DNA of 11,575 nucleotides from positions 1 through 11,575 of IMG/VR virus record IMGVR_UViG_2718217885_000003; one strand, written 5' to 3'. Source of the stretch: a virus. Its lineage: Duplodnaviria > Heunggongvirae > Uroviricota > Caudoviricetes. The notes beneath the pieces were generated by a model. The model saw nothing but the letters and a program-made list of their open reading frames with translations. It did not search any database and was not told the DNA's origin. Positions 5,319 to 11,575 of this stretch are shown here, piece after piece (the stretch's first letter is position 1; the number at the start of each line of letters is the position of its first letter). Both the position numbers and the translations under genes were made by a program.

Positions 5319-7073
5319 TTATAAAAACGCGTCGCACTCGTCTGTTGTTATTGCGTTAGTCTGCGTTACTCCCTTAACTTTCCGCGTAATATATTCATGT
5401 CCGTAAACTTTCGCGGCTGGCTTCATAGCCTTGCCAAAGTCATTTACGTTTAGCGGTTTGCTCCTGCCTGCGTACGCCATAAACGCCAGATAGACGCGGT
5501 AAAGGCTGTTTCTGGTCGTGTACTTCACTGAATCGCCACCGCCGCCCATCATCAGGCCGCGTGCTTCCTCCAGAAAATTCAGGAACTGGCAAAACTCAAT
5601 AACCGGATCCGTCTGTTGCTTTATTGCCAGAGCTTCATCACCGTCACGCTGTTCCAGTAGTAAAGCCCGTGCCTTCTCAGGGTCGGTAAAGTTCGCCAGC
5701 AATCGGCGGATAATGACAGGGATTTCAGCCGCGATCTTTTCCGGTAGCTCCCTGTCTTTTTCGGCCTCACTGACGATATTGTCGAAACGGAAAATCACGC
5801 GACGACGTGCCACACCTCCGGCCCGTTCGGTGAATATCATCGGGTTATTGTTGGTCGCCAGCACCACCGCCCTGATTACAGCCGTGAAACGCTTTTCGTA
5901 TTTCGGGTTAATTTCCACGGGGTCACCGCCCGTGATTTTCTTGATGCCCGTTCCTTCGCCTGTATATTTCGGCTGGTCAGCCAGGACGATAAGACGACTC
6001 CCGACAACCTGCGCACGTCCACCAGCATCATCAAGCGACGTCATTTCAGCGCTTACCGTGTTCTGTTTCCCTGCCAGAAGGCTGGCTATGTGCGTGAATG
6101 TACTTTTACCGCTCCCGCCATCTCCGGTGGCCTCAATAAACATCTGCCAGTCGTACCGGTTCGCCATAATCATGTACAGCGCGGCACATATACGCATCAT
6201 CTTGCGCGGGTCTTTTCCGGCTGCGTGCTCAAGCCATTTATGAAAGTTTGGCGCGTTATCGCGGATGTTCTCCCCTGGTGCTGGTGGCGTGTACTCAATG
6301 CCGTTGTGCGTGGTGATCCAGTTCTCCGGCGTGTGCGGGGAAAATTCCCCCGTTTTCAGGTCAAGCGCACCATTGGCGAACGGCAGCAAATCGCCGGACG
6401 GCTCGCCCATTGGTTCGGCAATAACTTTTAACGCTTCCACGGCGTTATTGATTACGCGCTTGCTGAAAGTGGCCCTGTGCTCTGAATAGATCGCCACCAT
6501 TTCGCGGCTAAGTTCCATTGTGCTGACCGGACACCATACCCCGCCGCGCCATACGTGAACGATTTCACTTTCAGGATGTACGCAAACGCCATCAAAGCGA
6601 TCGGCAAGCAGCTGCGCGCGTTCACTGTCCGCCATCTGCGAAAGTTGCGCCTTTTGCTTTACCGGAAGCTCAATGACCAGACCATCAGAAAGATTCTGGC
6701 GCTCACGGGCCAGATATTCGCGCCAGTTCTCCACCTTCTGACCGTGCATACCATCAGGGTAAAAATTTGCATCCTGTACGCCTGCCGCCGCCAGCTTCTG
6801 GCCAATCGCCTTTATCATTACTGGCGCAAGATATCCGGCCCTGTATATGCGTGCTGATTTTCGGCCTTCCGGCACAATTTGCAGATTATCCAGTTCGGAT
6901 AGCTGCTGCTCCCCAAGCCACACAGGAGGCTCATTATCTCCGGCCATACGCGCATCATGTTCCTGCCATTGTTTCGCGTGTGACCAGGCATCACTACCCG
7001 CAAAAATAATGACTTCTGTTTCTTTGTGTTTTATGCCGCGTGACTGCTGTTTTACGTTCGGTGCCAGTTTCAT
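5319..7073 (-). CDS. primase/helicase-type replication initiator (P4 alpha / PICI Pri-Rep-like), 584 aa
   Basis: Walker A GDGGSGKST and Walker B-like LIVLAD in the C-terminal half; N-terminal primase-like region. Followed by the iteron array. ATG overlaps the upstream stop (ATGA). Confidence 0.85.
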   Translation of the reverse strand: MKLAPNVKQQSRGIKHKETEVIIFAGSDAWSHAKQWQEHDARMAGDNEPPVWLGEQQLSELDNLQIVPEGRKSARIYRAGYLAPVMIKAIGQKLAAAGVQDANFYPDGMHGQKVENWREYLARERQNLSDGLVIELPVKQKAQLSQMADSERAQLLADRFDGVCVHPESEIVHVWRGGVWCPVSTMELSREMVAIYSEHRATFSKRVINNAVEALKVIAEPMGEPSGDLLPFANGALDLKTGEFSPHTPENWITTHNGIEYTPPAPGENIRDNAPNFHKWLEHAAGKDPRKMMRICAALYMIMANRYDWQMFIEATGDGGSGKSTFTHIASLLAGKQNTVSAEMTSLDDAGGRAQVVGSRLIVLADQPKYTGEGTGIKKITGGDPVEINPKYEKRFTAVIRAVVLATNNNPMIFTERAGGVARRRVIFRFDNIVSEAEKDRELPEKIAAEIPVIIRRLLANFTDPEKARALLLEQRDGDEALAIKQQTDPVIEFCQFLNFLEEARGLMMGGGGDSVKYTTRNSLYRVYLAFMAYAGRSKPLNVNDFGKAMKPAAKVYGHEYITRKVKGVTQTNAITTDECDAFL

Positions 7074-7369
7074 TTTTTACCCCTGAATCCTTTAATCATG
7101 GTTTTCATCTTCTGAATATTGGCGCGTGCTTTCTCCCTGCTGGTTGGTTTACTGCGGGGCGCTGCCTGTACCAGAGAAAAATCACGCCGGAACTGATAAA
7201 CAGGCATCACGCAATCATATTCGTAACCTTCACGGCGGTAAGTTACGCACCGTCCCGCCACGCCCTTAATCATTACCGTGCCGCCGTACTGGTCGCGGTA
7301 AATATCACCGCGCGTAAATTTAGGGTGAGTGTTGCCACTGGCAGTTAAGCCAGAATATTTAAGTTTCAT
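7070..7369 (-). CDS. hypothetical protein, 99 aa
   Basis: ATG at 7369 with GGAG upstream; coupled to the primase start. Shares the N-terminal pentapeptide THPKF, encoded by an identical 16-nt DNA segment, with the gene at 7909-8277. Confidence 0.55.
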   Translation of the reverse strand: MKLKYSGLTASGNTHPKFTRGDIYRDQYGGTVMIKGVAGRCVTYRREGYEYDCVMPVYQFRRDFSLVQAAPRSKPTSREKARANIQKMKTMIKGFRGKK

Positions 7370-7447
7370 TATTTTTATTCTCCGGTGTGCTGTTCTTTAT
7401 ATCTGTCGTGCAATGTTTCTATTTCCTGCGATTCATTTATTACAGGC

Positions 7448-7687
7448 TCAAGAAGCGTTATTAATGCCGCGACAATTCGGGATTTTTCTTAAATCGACTT
7501 CTGCCACATATTCCGCATAATCAGCGGTGATATTTAGTACATCAAACCCCGTTGTTTTATTTTCTTTCGTGCCAAGTAAGAAAAAGGCCGCTCTTATCAG
7601 TTCGGATATTGACGAAAGCGCATCACTCGCATCATCAGATACGCCGGAAAATTCCTGTTTCAGGAAATTAAAACGATCATCACGCAT
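7448..7687 (-). CDS. hypothetical protein, 79 aa
   Basis: ATG at 7687-7685 directly preceded by a G8 run acting as an SD-like element; overlaps the stop of the upstream gene by 8 nt (ATGCGTGA). The track ORF extends to a TTG at 7714. Confidence 0.45.
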   Translation of the reverse strand: MRDDRFNFLKQEFSGVSDDASDALSSISELIRAAFFLLGTKENKTTGFDVLNITADYAEYVAEVDLRKIPNCRGINNAS

Positions 7688-7919
7688 AACCCCCCCCATT
7701 TTCACAATCAGCAATCAGGATGGCTTTAGCCTCATTCAGTGCCATTTCAGCGGTAAGCTGTGCGTAGGCCAGCGAATGGGGGATTATTGCCCCTGTATAT
7801 TCCGGCTCTCTGGTAATGTGTTTTTCTGCGGTTGCTGCCGTGCATGAAATATCAATCAGCGCATCCATCAGCGTTTTGATGGCTTCGGCGGCTGCGTCCG
7901 GACGGGGGTTATTGCACAT
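7680..7919 (-). CDS. hypothetical protein, 79 aa
   Basis: ATG at 7919 with AGGAGG 7 nt upstream; overlaps the 3' end of the upstream gene by 11 nt. Confidence 0.55.
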   Translation of the reverse strand: MCNNPRPDAAAEAIKTLMDALIDISCTAATAEKHITREPEYTGAIIPHSLAYAQLTAEMALNEAKAILIADCENGGGYA

Positions 7920-8277
7920 GGCGCACCTCCTGACGAATACGGGCGGCGAATACCATCACGCAGCCAGCCGGGGATTGCTGGCGGGCTTCCTGTTCGCTGG
8001 TGGCCTCAATGGTAATCACGCGCGGTTGTGCCGTGCTCAGGGCGATAAAACGCCAGATAAAATTGTTTTCGCATTTCTGAATAAACAACGTGTTTTCTTC
8101 GCGCCCTTTCCATGTTGCCGAGATATAGCCCATGTCATTGAGCATCTCGCAGGCATCAACCAGCGTATCGGCGGCTACATGTACAGTGTTTTTACCGTCA
8201 GCTATGCAATCACGGTGCACCGCCAGGAAGGTGTATATAAATTTAGGGTGAGTTTGGGTATGCTGTGTTCCAGCCAT
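7909..8277 (-). CDS. hypothetical protein, 122 aa, first gene of the replication operon
   Basis: ATG at 8277 with AGGAG 8 nt upstream. It is the 3' part of a spurious 562-aa track ORF (7909-9597) whose upstream portion is antisense to the plus-strand cassette. Confidence 0.6.
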   Translation of the reverse strand: MAGTQHTQTHPKFIYTFLAVHRDCIADGKNTVHVAADTLVDACEMLNDMGYISATWKGREENTLFIQKCENNFIWRFIALSTAQPRVITIEATSEQEARQQSPAGCVMVFAARIRQEVRHVQ

Positions 8278-8306
8278 AATCGTTACTCCTATTAACGGTT
8301 TGGTTA

Positions 8307-8448
8307 GAAGCCCCGTTACTGCTCCAACAGTGCGGGGCTTCGTCGTTTCAATTGCTGAATTGCATGTATCAGCCCTTGTGGTATTCAGATTACATTTTGG
8401 TGAATACCATTTCAAGTCTTTTTTGGTATTCACTTTTGTATTACACTG
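8307..8448. promoter_or_regulatory. divergent control region: stem-loop plus TGGTATTCA repeats
   Basis: Stem-loop GAAGCCCCG...CGGGGCTTC at 8307-8341. TGGTATTCA at 8379-8387 and 8425-8433, with inverted copy TGAATACCA at 8401-8409 (9-bp inverted repeat, 13-bp spacer). Lies between divergent genes starting at 8277 (minus) and 8477 (plus). Confidence 0.4.
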
Positions 8449-8476
8449 CATCCCGTTATTAATCGGAGGTGCAAAC

Positions 8477-8782
8477 ATGTCCACGAGTTCTGTTAACAAT
8501 AAATCACAGCAACTGAATGCCAGATTTCCACATGAAGTAGTGAGTGGCATTGAGGCATCCCTACAGCCAGGGGAAACTAAAGCGAATTTTATAGTTACGG
8601 CTGTACGCGGTGAGATCGCCCGCCGCCAGGCAGAAGGAAGCGGAGAAAACCCCCTGGTTTCTTCGCTCGATGCACTGGCGCAGGTGGAAAAAATCGGAGT
8701 CAAAGCTGCCGAGGAGATCGGGCAGCTCGTCACCGTCGCACGTGAAGAACTACAGCGCCGCAAGGCCAAAGAATCAGAATAA
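8477..8782 (+). CDS. ribbon-helix-helix-like DNA-binding protein, 101 aa, first gene of the counter-oriented cassette
   Basis: ATG at 8477 with GGAGGTG 7 nt upstream; double stop TAATAA. QLNARFPHEVVSGIEASL ... TKANFIVTAVRGEIARRQ fits a strand-helix-helix pattern. The longer track ORF from 8300 has no SD. Confidence 0.55.
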   Translation: MSTSSVNNKSQQLNARFPHEVVSGIEASLQPGETKANFIVTAVRGEIARRQAEGSGENPLVSSLDALAQVEKIGVKAAEEIGQLVTVAREELQRRKAKESE

Positions 8783-8839
8783 TAACTATCATCGCCGTGG
8801 TGTGAGGAACTCCGGCGCATTGCTTTACAGGTACACAGA

Positions 8840-9022
8840 ATGACCAACAACGAATCAACCAATACACCATCACCGGCACGGAAAAGACAGCGCAGAAAGA
8901 TAGCGCATGAGCATGAGTCAGAAAGATTCGCACCATGTGCTTTTGCTCTTGAGAAATTCCTAAAAGAGTACAGGAAAACGCGCCCATTGCAGGTATGGCA
9001 ACGTAACGAACAAAAAGGTTGA
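8840..9022 (+). CDS. hypothetical small basic protein, 60 aa
   Basis: ATG at 8840 with AGGT about 7 nt upstream. Lys/Arg-rich. Same reading frame as the two following small ORFs. Confidence 0.35.
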   Translation: MTNNESTNTPSPARKRQRRKIAHEHESERFAPCAFALEKFLKEYRKTRPLQVWQRNEQKG

Positions 9023-9025
9023 TGT

Positions 9026-9157
9026 ATGACCAGGAAGCAGACAGATAACAAACCATTGCTACCAGAGAATAAATCAGCGGGATTTTTACCGGAAAAAGTG
9101 CTACATGAGCTAAAATTCCGCCAGCGTAAAAAATCCAAAGAAACAGACAAAGAATAA
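9026..9157 (+). CDS. hypothetical small basic protein, 43 aa (below the ORF-track size cutoff)
   Basis: ATG at 9026, 3 nt after the TGA of the preceding ORF (TGATGTATG), same frame; ends TAA at 9155-9157. Translation read manually: MTRKQTDNKPLLPENKSAGFLPEKVLHELKFRQRKKSKETDKE. Confidence 0.25.
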   Translation: MTRKQTDNKPLLPENKSAGFLPEKVLHELKFRQRKKSKETDKE

Positions 9158-9160
9158 CTT

Positions 9161-9325
9161 ATGCACCAAATACTATACTGGCTCGGATCTCTGTTTGTAT
9201 TTGCATTTCTCATGAAATATTGCATTAGCAATGAACCTGCCGACAATGAAAGTACATGCGGGAGTGCTGAAAAAGATATTCCACCTCTCGTATATGAAAA
9301 TGAAAGCCCTGTGCACCGCAATTGA
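9161..9325 (+). CDS. hypothetical small membrane peptide, 54 aa (single predicted transmembrane helix)
   Basis: ATG at 9161, 3 nt after the preceding TAA, same frame. Manual translation MHQILYWLGSLFVFAFLMKYCISNEPADNESTCGSAEKDIPPLVYENESPVHRN has a 19-residue hydrophobic N-terminal segment. A terminator follows at 9423-9450. Confidence 0.3.
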   Translation: MHQILYWLGSLFVFAFLMKYCISNEPADNESTCGSAEKDIPPLVYENESPVHRN

Positions 9326-9422
9326 GCGAAATTTAATGAATTCACTCTTTGCCCACCAGCCGCAAATGTGGCATTGTTGGCAATGCTCATGCGTTGGGGA
9401 TAACGTGTAGCTTGTGTCGAAT

Positions 9423-9450
9423 GGCCACCGTAGCAGGTGGCCTTTGTTTT
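9423..9450 (+). terminator. rho-independent terminator of the plus-strand cassette
   Basis: GGCCACC-GTAGCA-GGTGGCC followed by TTTGTTTT. Confidence 0.75.
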
Positions 9451-9488
9451 GCCTGTTATCCGGCAATTGTGGCGCTTCGTCACACGGT

Positions 9489-9574
9489 TGATATAATTCC
9501 CCTGCACTGATCCATTTTTTTCGCAGCAGGTTAATTGTTCACAAGGGCGCTCCGGCAACGGGGCGCTTTTTGTT
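9489..9574 (+). ncRNA. candidate small RNA (about 70 nt) between an extended -10 promoter and a second plus-strand terminator, opposite the 3' end of alpA
   Basis: TGATATAAT (9489-9497) fits the extended -10 pattern TGnTATAAT. Terminator GCGCTCCG-GCAA-CGGGGCGC plus TTTTTGTT at 9547-9574. No ORF of meaningful length between them. Confidence 0.2.
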
Positions 9575-9601
9575 ATGTTCATTGCGTTACACCTCACACC
9601 A

Positions 9602-9808
9602 TTACGCAGCCGTTCCGCGCGCTTCTTCCTCGCGTTCTTTCAACCAGGCCCGCACCTCATCTTCATACCAGCCAACACGGCGCAGACCGATTTTGAAGCC
9701 TTTCGGGAATTTTCCGGCGTTGATCATGTCCTGTAGCGAACTGTCTGCCTTGATGCGCAGAATATTTTTTACTTCCTGACGGGTAAGAATTTTTCTGATT
9801 ACTTCCAT
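9602..9808 (-). CDS. alpA: AlpA-family (Phage_AlpA, MerR-like HTH) transcriptional regulator/excisionase-like protein, 68 aa
   Basis: LTRQEVKNILRIKADSSLQDMINAGKFPKGFKIGLRRVGWYEDEVRAWL matches the AlpA pattern (HTH, then K/R-rich wing ending in W-x-x-E-V-x-x-W). Sits between int and the replication operon. Confidence 0.85.
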   Translation of the reverse strand: MEVIRKILTRQEVKNILRIKADSSLQDMINAGKFPKGFKIGLRRVGWYEDEVRAWLKEREEEARGTAA

Positions 9809-9850
9809 CGTGTTTTACCTCGTTAATCCGGCGTATTCCGGTGATAAATA

Positions 9851-9913
9851 CGGTAAAACAGGGCAGGGCGGGAAAAACAGTACTCACCGTTTTAAAACGG
9901 TACTCACTGTTTT
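9851..9913. promoter_or_regulatory. direct repeats and palindrome upstream of alpA (candidate operator/promoter elements)
   Basis: GTACTCAC(C/T)GTTTT at 9880-9893 and 9900-9913 (20-bp periodicity); perfect palindrome CCGTTTTAAAACGG at 9887-9900; related CGGTAAAACAGG at 9851-9862. Confidence 0.35.
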
Positions 9914-9942
9914 TTATCTCATTGATTACGCTTTCTTTTTGC

Positions 9943-9972
9943 AAAAAAATAGCGACCGCAAGGGGCCGCTAT
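9943..9972 (-). terminator. rho-independent terminator after the int-proximal small ORF
   Basis: On the minus strand, ATAGCGGCC-loop-GGTCGCTAT (9 bp with one G-U pair) followed by TTTTTTT, starting 6 nt after the stop at 9978. Confidence 0.65.
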
Positions 9973-9977
9973 TGTGA

Positions 9978-10220
9978 TTACCGTTTCCACTTCTTAGGTC
10001 GCCCACCACATTTAAGGCTGGTGGGCCTCAGCACCTTGTCGATGCTTTCAGCCAGATTTTTCGATGCGCCACGCGAGCGTAAAAAACTGACTACCTCGTG
10101 TTTTGTGGGGGCTGTTGATTTGTCTTCCGGATCGTATGTTGACCAGAATTCACGATTTGCCATTAACGCCAGTTGCAGCCCTTCACCGCAGACATTGGAT
10201 GATTTTTCGTGCCAGACCAT
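9978..10220 (-). CDS. hypothetical protein, 80 aa, between int and alpA
   Basis: ATG at 10220 with a weak SD; an internal ATG (MANREF...) is an alternative start. A dedicated terminator directly downstream supports expression. No family recognised. Confidence 0.45.
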   Translation of the reverse strand: MVWHEKSSNVCGEGLQLALMANREFWSTYDPEDKSTAPTKHEVVSFLRSRGASKNLAESIDKVLRPTSLKCGGRPKKWKR

Positions 10221-10333
10221 TTCAATAAATCTCGATTTCTCATGAGTCGGGTTTTTCCTTGTCTGTTGAGGAGATCGGCGATTATACGATGGTTTAGCAT
10301 GGTTTGCACTGGTTGTACTGGTTTTTTGTACAG

Positions 10334-11575
10334 TTACACCGCACGGATACCCCTTTTACCACTGGCTATGGTCACTCCGGTTGCTGCGGCTTCCACAAAT
10401 TCACCCCACCAGCGCATAAGTACTACACGTTTTTCCAGGTAGTTACTTCGGTTATATGCCCGCCTTACCTCGTTCGTGTCCACGTGTGCGAGCGCGGCCT
10501 CGATTACGTCCGGCTCGAATCCTTCCTCGTTCGCTGCTGTGCTGAATATGGCGCGTAATCCGTGAGACACCAGCACACCAGCGTAACCCATCCGGCGCAA
10601 TGCGGCGTTAGCGGTCTGGCTGCTCATTGGCAGCATCGGGTTTTTAAGGCTGGGAAAAACGTGTTCTCTGTGTGCGCTGATTGGCTTCATGGTTTCCAGT
10701 ACAGCCATAGCCTGACCACAAAGGGGGATCACATGGTCACGGCGCATCTTCATGCGTCCGGCTGGAATCGTCCAGGTTTCGGCATCGAGATCTATTTCTT
10801 CCCAGCGTGCGGCGGCTGCTTCGGCTGGGCGTGCTACGGTCAGCAGTTGCCACTCAATCAGCAATCTGGTTTGCCGTTCTATGCTGGCGACCGATAAATC
10901 GTGCATTAGCTGCGGTAGCTGTTCCGGTCGGATGGTTGGCATGTGCTTTTTGGTGGGTGAGGGGAATGCCTTGCGGACGTTCGCGGCGGTGTTGATGTCA
11001 ATCAGCCCACTGTTGGCAGCAAAATCCATCACTTCATTGATGCGTTGTAAAACGCGTTTCAGGGTTTCCAGGTTGCCGCGTACTTTAATGGGTGTGAGTA
11101 TCTCAACAAAGCGGCGAGCGGTGAGGGTATCTATTGGCGTGTTTCCGATGTACGGGAATACGTATTTTTCCAGGGAACGCCAGATATCCTTAATCGTGTT
11201 GTAAGCCAGATTCTGGCCTTTTTTCATCTCGTACCAGTCCGAGGCAACTTTCTCGAACGTGTTGCCCTTTTTTCGGCTCTCTGCTTCACGTTTCCGGCGT
11301 TCGTGGTCCTGTGGGTCAGTTCCCTTTGCTATGAGTGACCTGTATTCATTCCGTCGCTCTCTGGCATCAGACAGGGAAACATCATTCAGCGATCCAAGGC
11401 TGATAATAGTCCGTTTTTTATCTGCCGGACGGTAGTACGTAAAACGCCAGATTTTTGATCCGGAGGGCTTCACCAGAAGAAATAATCCTCCGCCATCCTG
11501 CAGGGTGTATTCCTTTTCCCCTGGTCGTGCGTTTTTGATCTCCGTAATAGTTAGTGGGGTGGTTTTTCGTGCCAT
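10334..11575 (-). CDS. int: tyrosine site-specific integrase, P4/CP4-57 type, 413 aa
   Basis: N-terminal arm-binding region (GEKEYTLQDGGGLFLLVKPSGSKIWRFTYY) and C-terminal catalytic residues (ARPAE Arg, HGLRAIFST His-x-x-Arg, LAHV His, RRAYNRSNY Tyr). The start codon is the last triplet of the window, so the true start could lie further upstream outside it. Confidence 0.95.
   Translation of the reverse strand: MARKTTPLTITEIKNARPGEKEYTLQDGGGLFLLVKPSGSKIWRFTYYRPADKKRTIISLGSLNDVSLSDARERRNEYRSLIAKGTDPQDHERRKREAESRKKGNTFEKVASDWYEMKKGQNLAYNTIKDIWRSLEKYVFPYIGNTPIDTLTARRFVEILTPIKVRGNLETLKRVLQRINEVMDFAANSGLIDINTAANVRKAFPSPTKKHMPTIRPEQLPQLMHDLSVASIERQTRLLIEWQLLTVARPAEAAAARWEEIDLDAETWTIPAGRMKMRRDHVIPLCGQAMAVLETMKPISAHREHVFPSLKNPMLPMSSQTANAALRRMGYAGVLVSHGLRAIFSTAANEEGFEPDVIEAALAHVDTNEVRRAYNRSNYLEKRVVLMRWWGEFVEAAATGVTIASGKRGIRAV

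Larger units (their letters stand above)
1..11575 (-). mobile_element. PICI-like phage satellite, integrase-proximal part (int - alpA - replication module - capsid module - cos); both element ends lie outside or at the window edges
   Basis: Gene order and co-orientation: tyrosine integrase, AlpA-like regulator, primase with iteron ori, SSB, capsid genes, lambda-type cos. Tight gene packing with ATGA/TAATG overlaps. Organisation matches Gram-negative PICIs as I recall them. Confidence 0.7.

Noticed and set aside
5518-6243. 241-aa plus-strand ORF (and the other plus-strand ORFs within 5319-7073)
   Set aside because: Antisense to the primase gene, which carries a Walker A motif and operon coupling. 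Ser/Arg/Pro-rich shadow frames.
7448-7919. Frameshifted single gene across the G8 tract
   Set aside because: An in-frame ATG with the G-run as SD and an 8-nt stop/start overlap gives two normally coupled genes, so a frameshift is unnecessary. Kept as a low-interest caution only.
8730-9056. 108-aa minus-strand hydrophobic ORF
   Set aside because: Antisense to the plus-strand cassette, Trp/Cys-rich, no SD. The plus-strand frame shows three consecutive stop-free stretches, favouring plus-strand coding.
7909-9597. 562-aa minus-strand ORF in the six-frame track
   Set aside because: Only its last 369 nt (7909-8277) has an SD-preceded ATG and sits in the operon. The remainder is antisense to the SD-equipped plus-strand cassette, is Cys/Ser/Arg-rich, and spans two plus-strand terminators. 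Treated as an antisense shadow ORF.
1-11575. tRNA gene, att core repeat or CRISPR array inside the window
   Set aside because: No tRNA-like T-arm/acceptor signature, no regularly spaced repeat-spacer array, and no obvious direct repeat matching a tRNA 3' end was seen. The integration site is presumably just right of the integrase start, outside the window.

Overview
The window reads as the integrase-proximal ~11.6 kb of a phage satellite of the PICI type (Enterobacteriaceae-like), transcribed almost entirely on the minus strand. All calls rest on reading the supplied ORF track and sequence by eye; no searches were run, and family assignments come from recalled motifs. Order from the right edge: P4-type tyrosine integrase (10334-11575), a small ORF, alpA, a counter-oriented plus-strand cassette of small ORFs (8477-9325), then a replication operon (four small overlapping ORFs, primase/helicase, iteron origin, small ORF, SSB). 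Next comes a capsid module (RHH regulator, lambda gpE-like major capsid protein, gpD-like decoration protein, 137-aa ORF), then a packaging region, then two unknown ORFs and a PerC-like regulator at the left edge. The most striking observation is in the packaging region: two convergent lambda-type cos sites (about 1155-1385 and 1667-1852) share a perfect 28-bp cosN core with the lambda cohesive end GGGCGGCGACCT but carry different cosB-like repeat sets, and a diverged third copy lies at 4221-4292. Also notable: the element encodes its own E/D capsid homologues but no portal, protease or terminase in this window. No tRNA, rRNA, CRISPR array or att site was found inside the window; the integration site presumably lies just beyond 11575.
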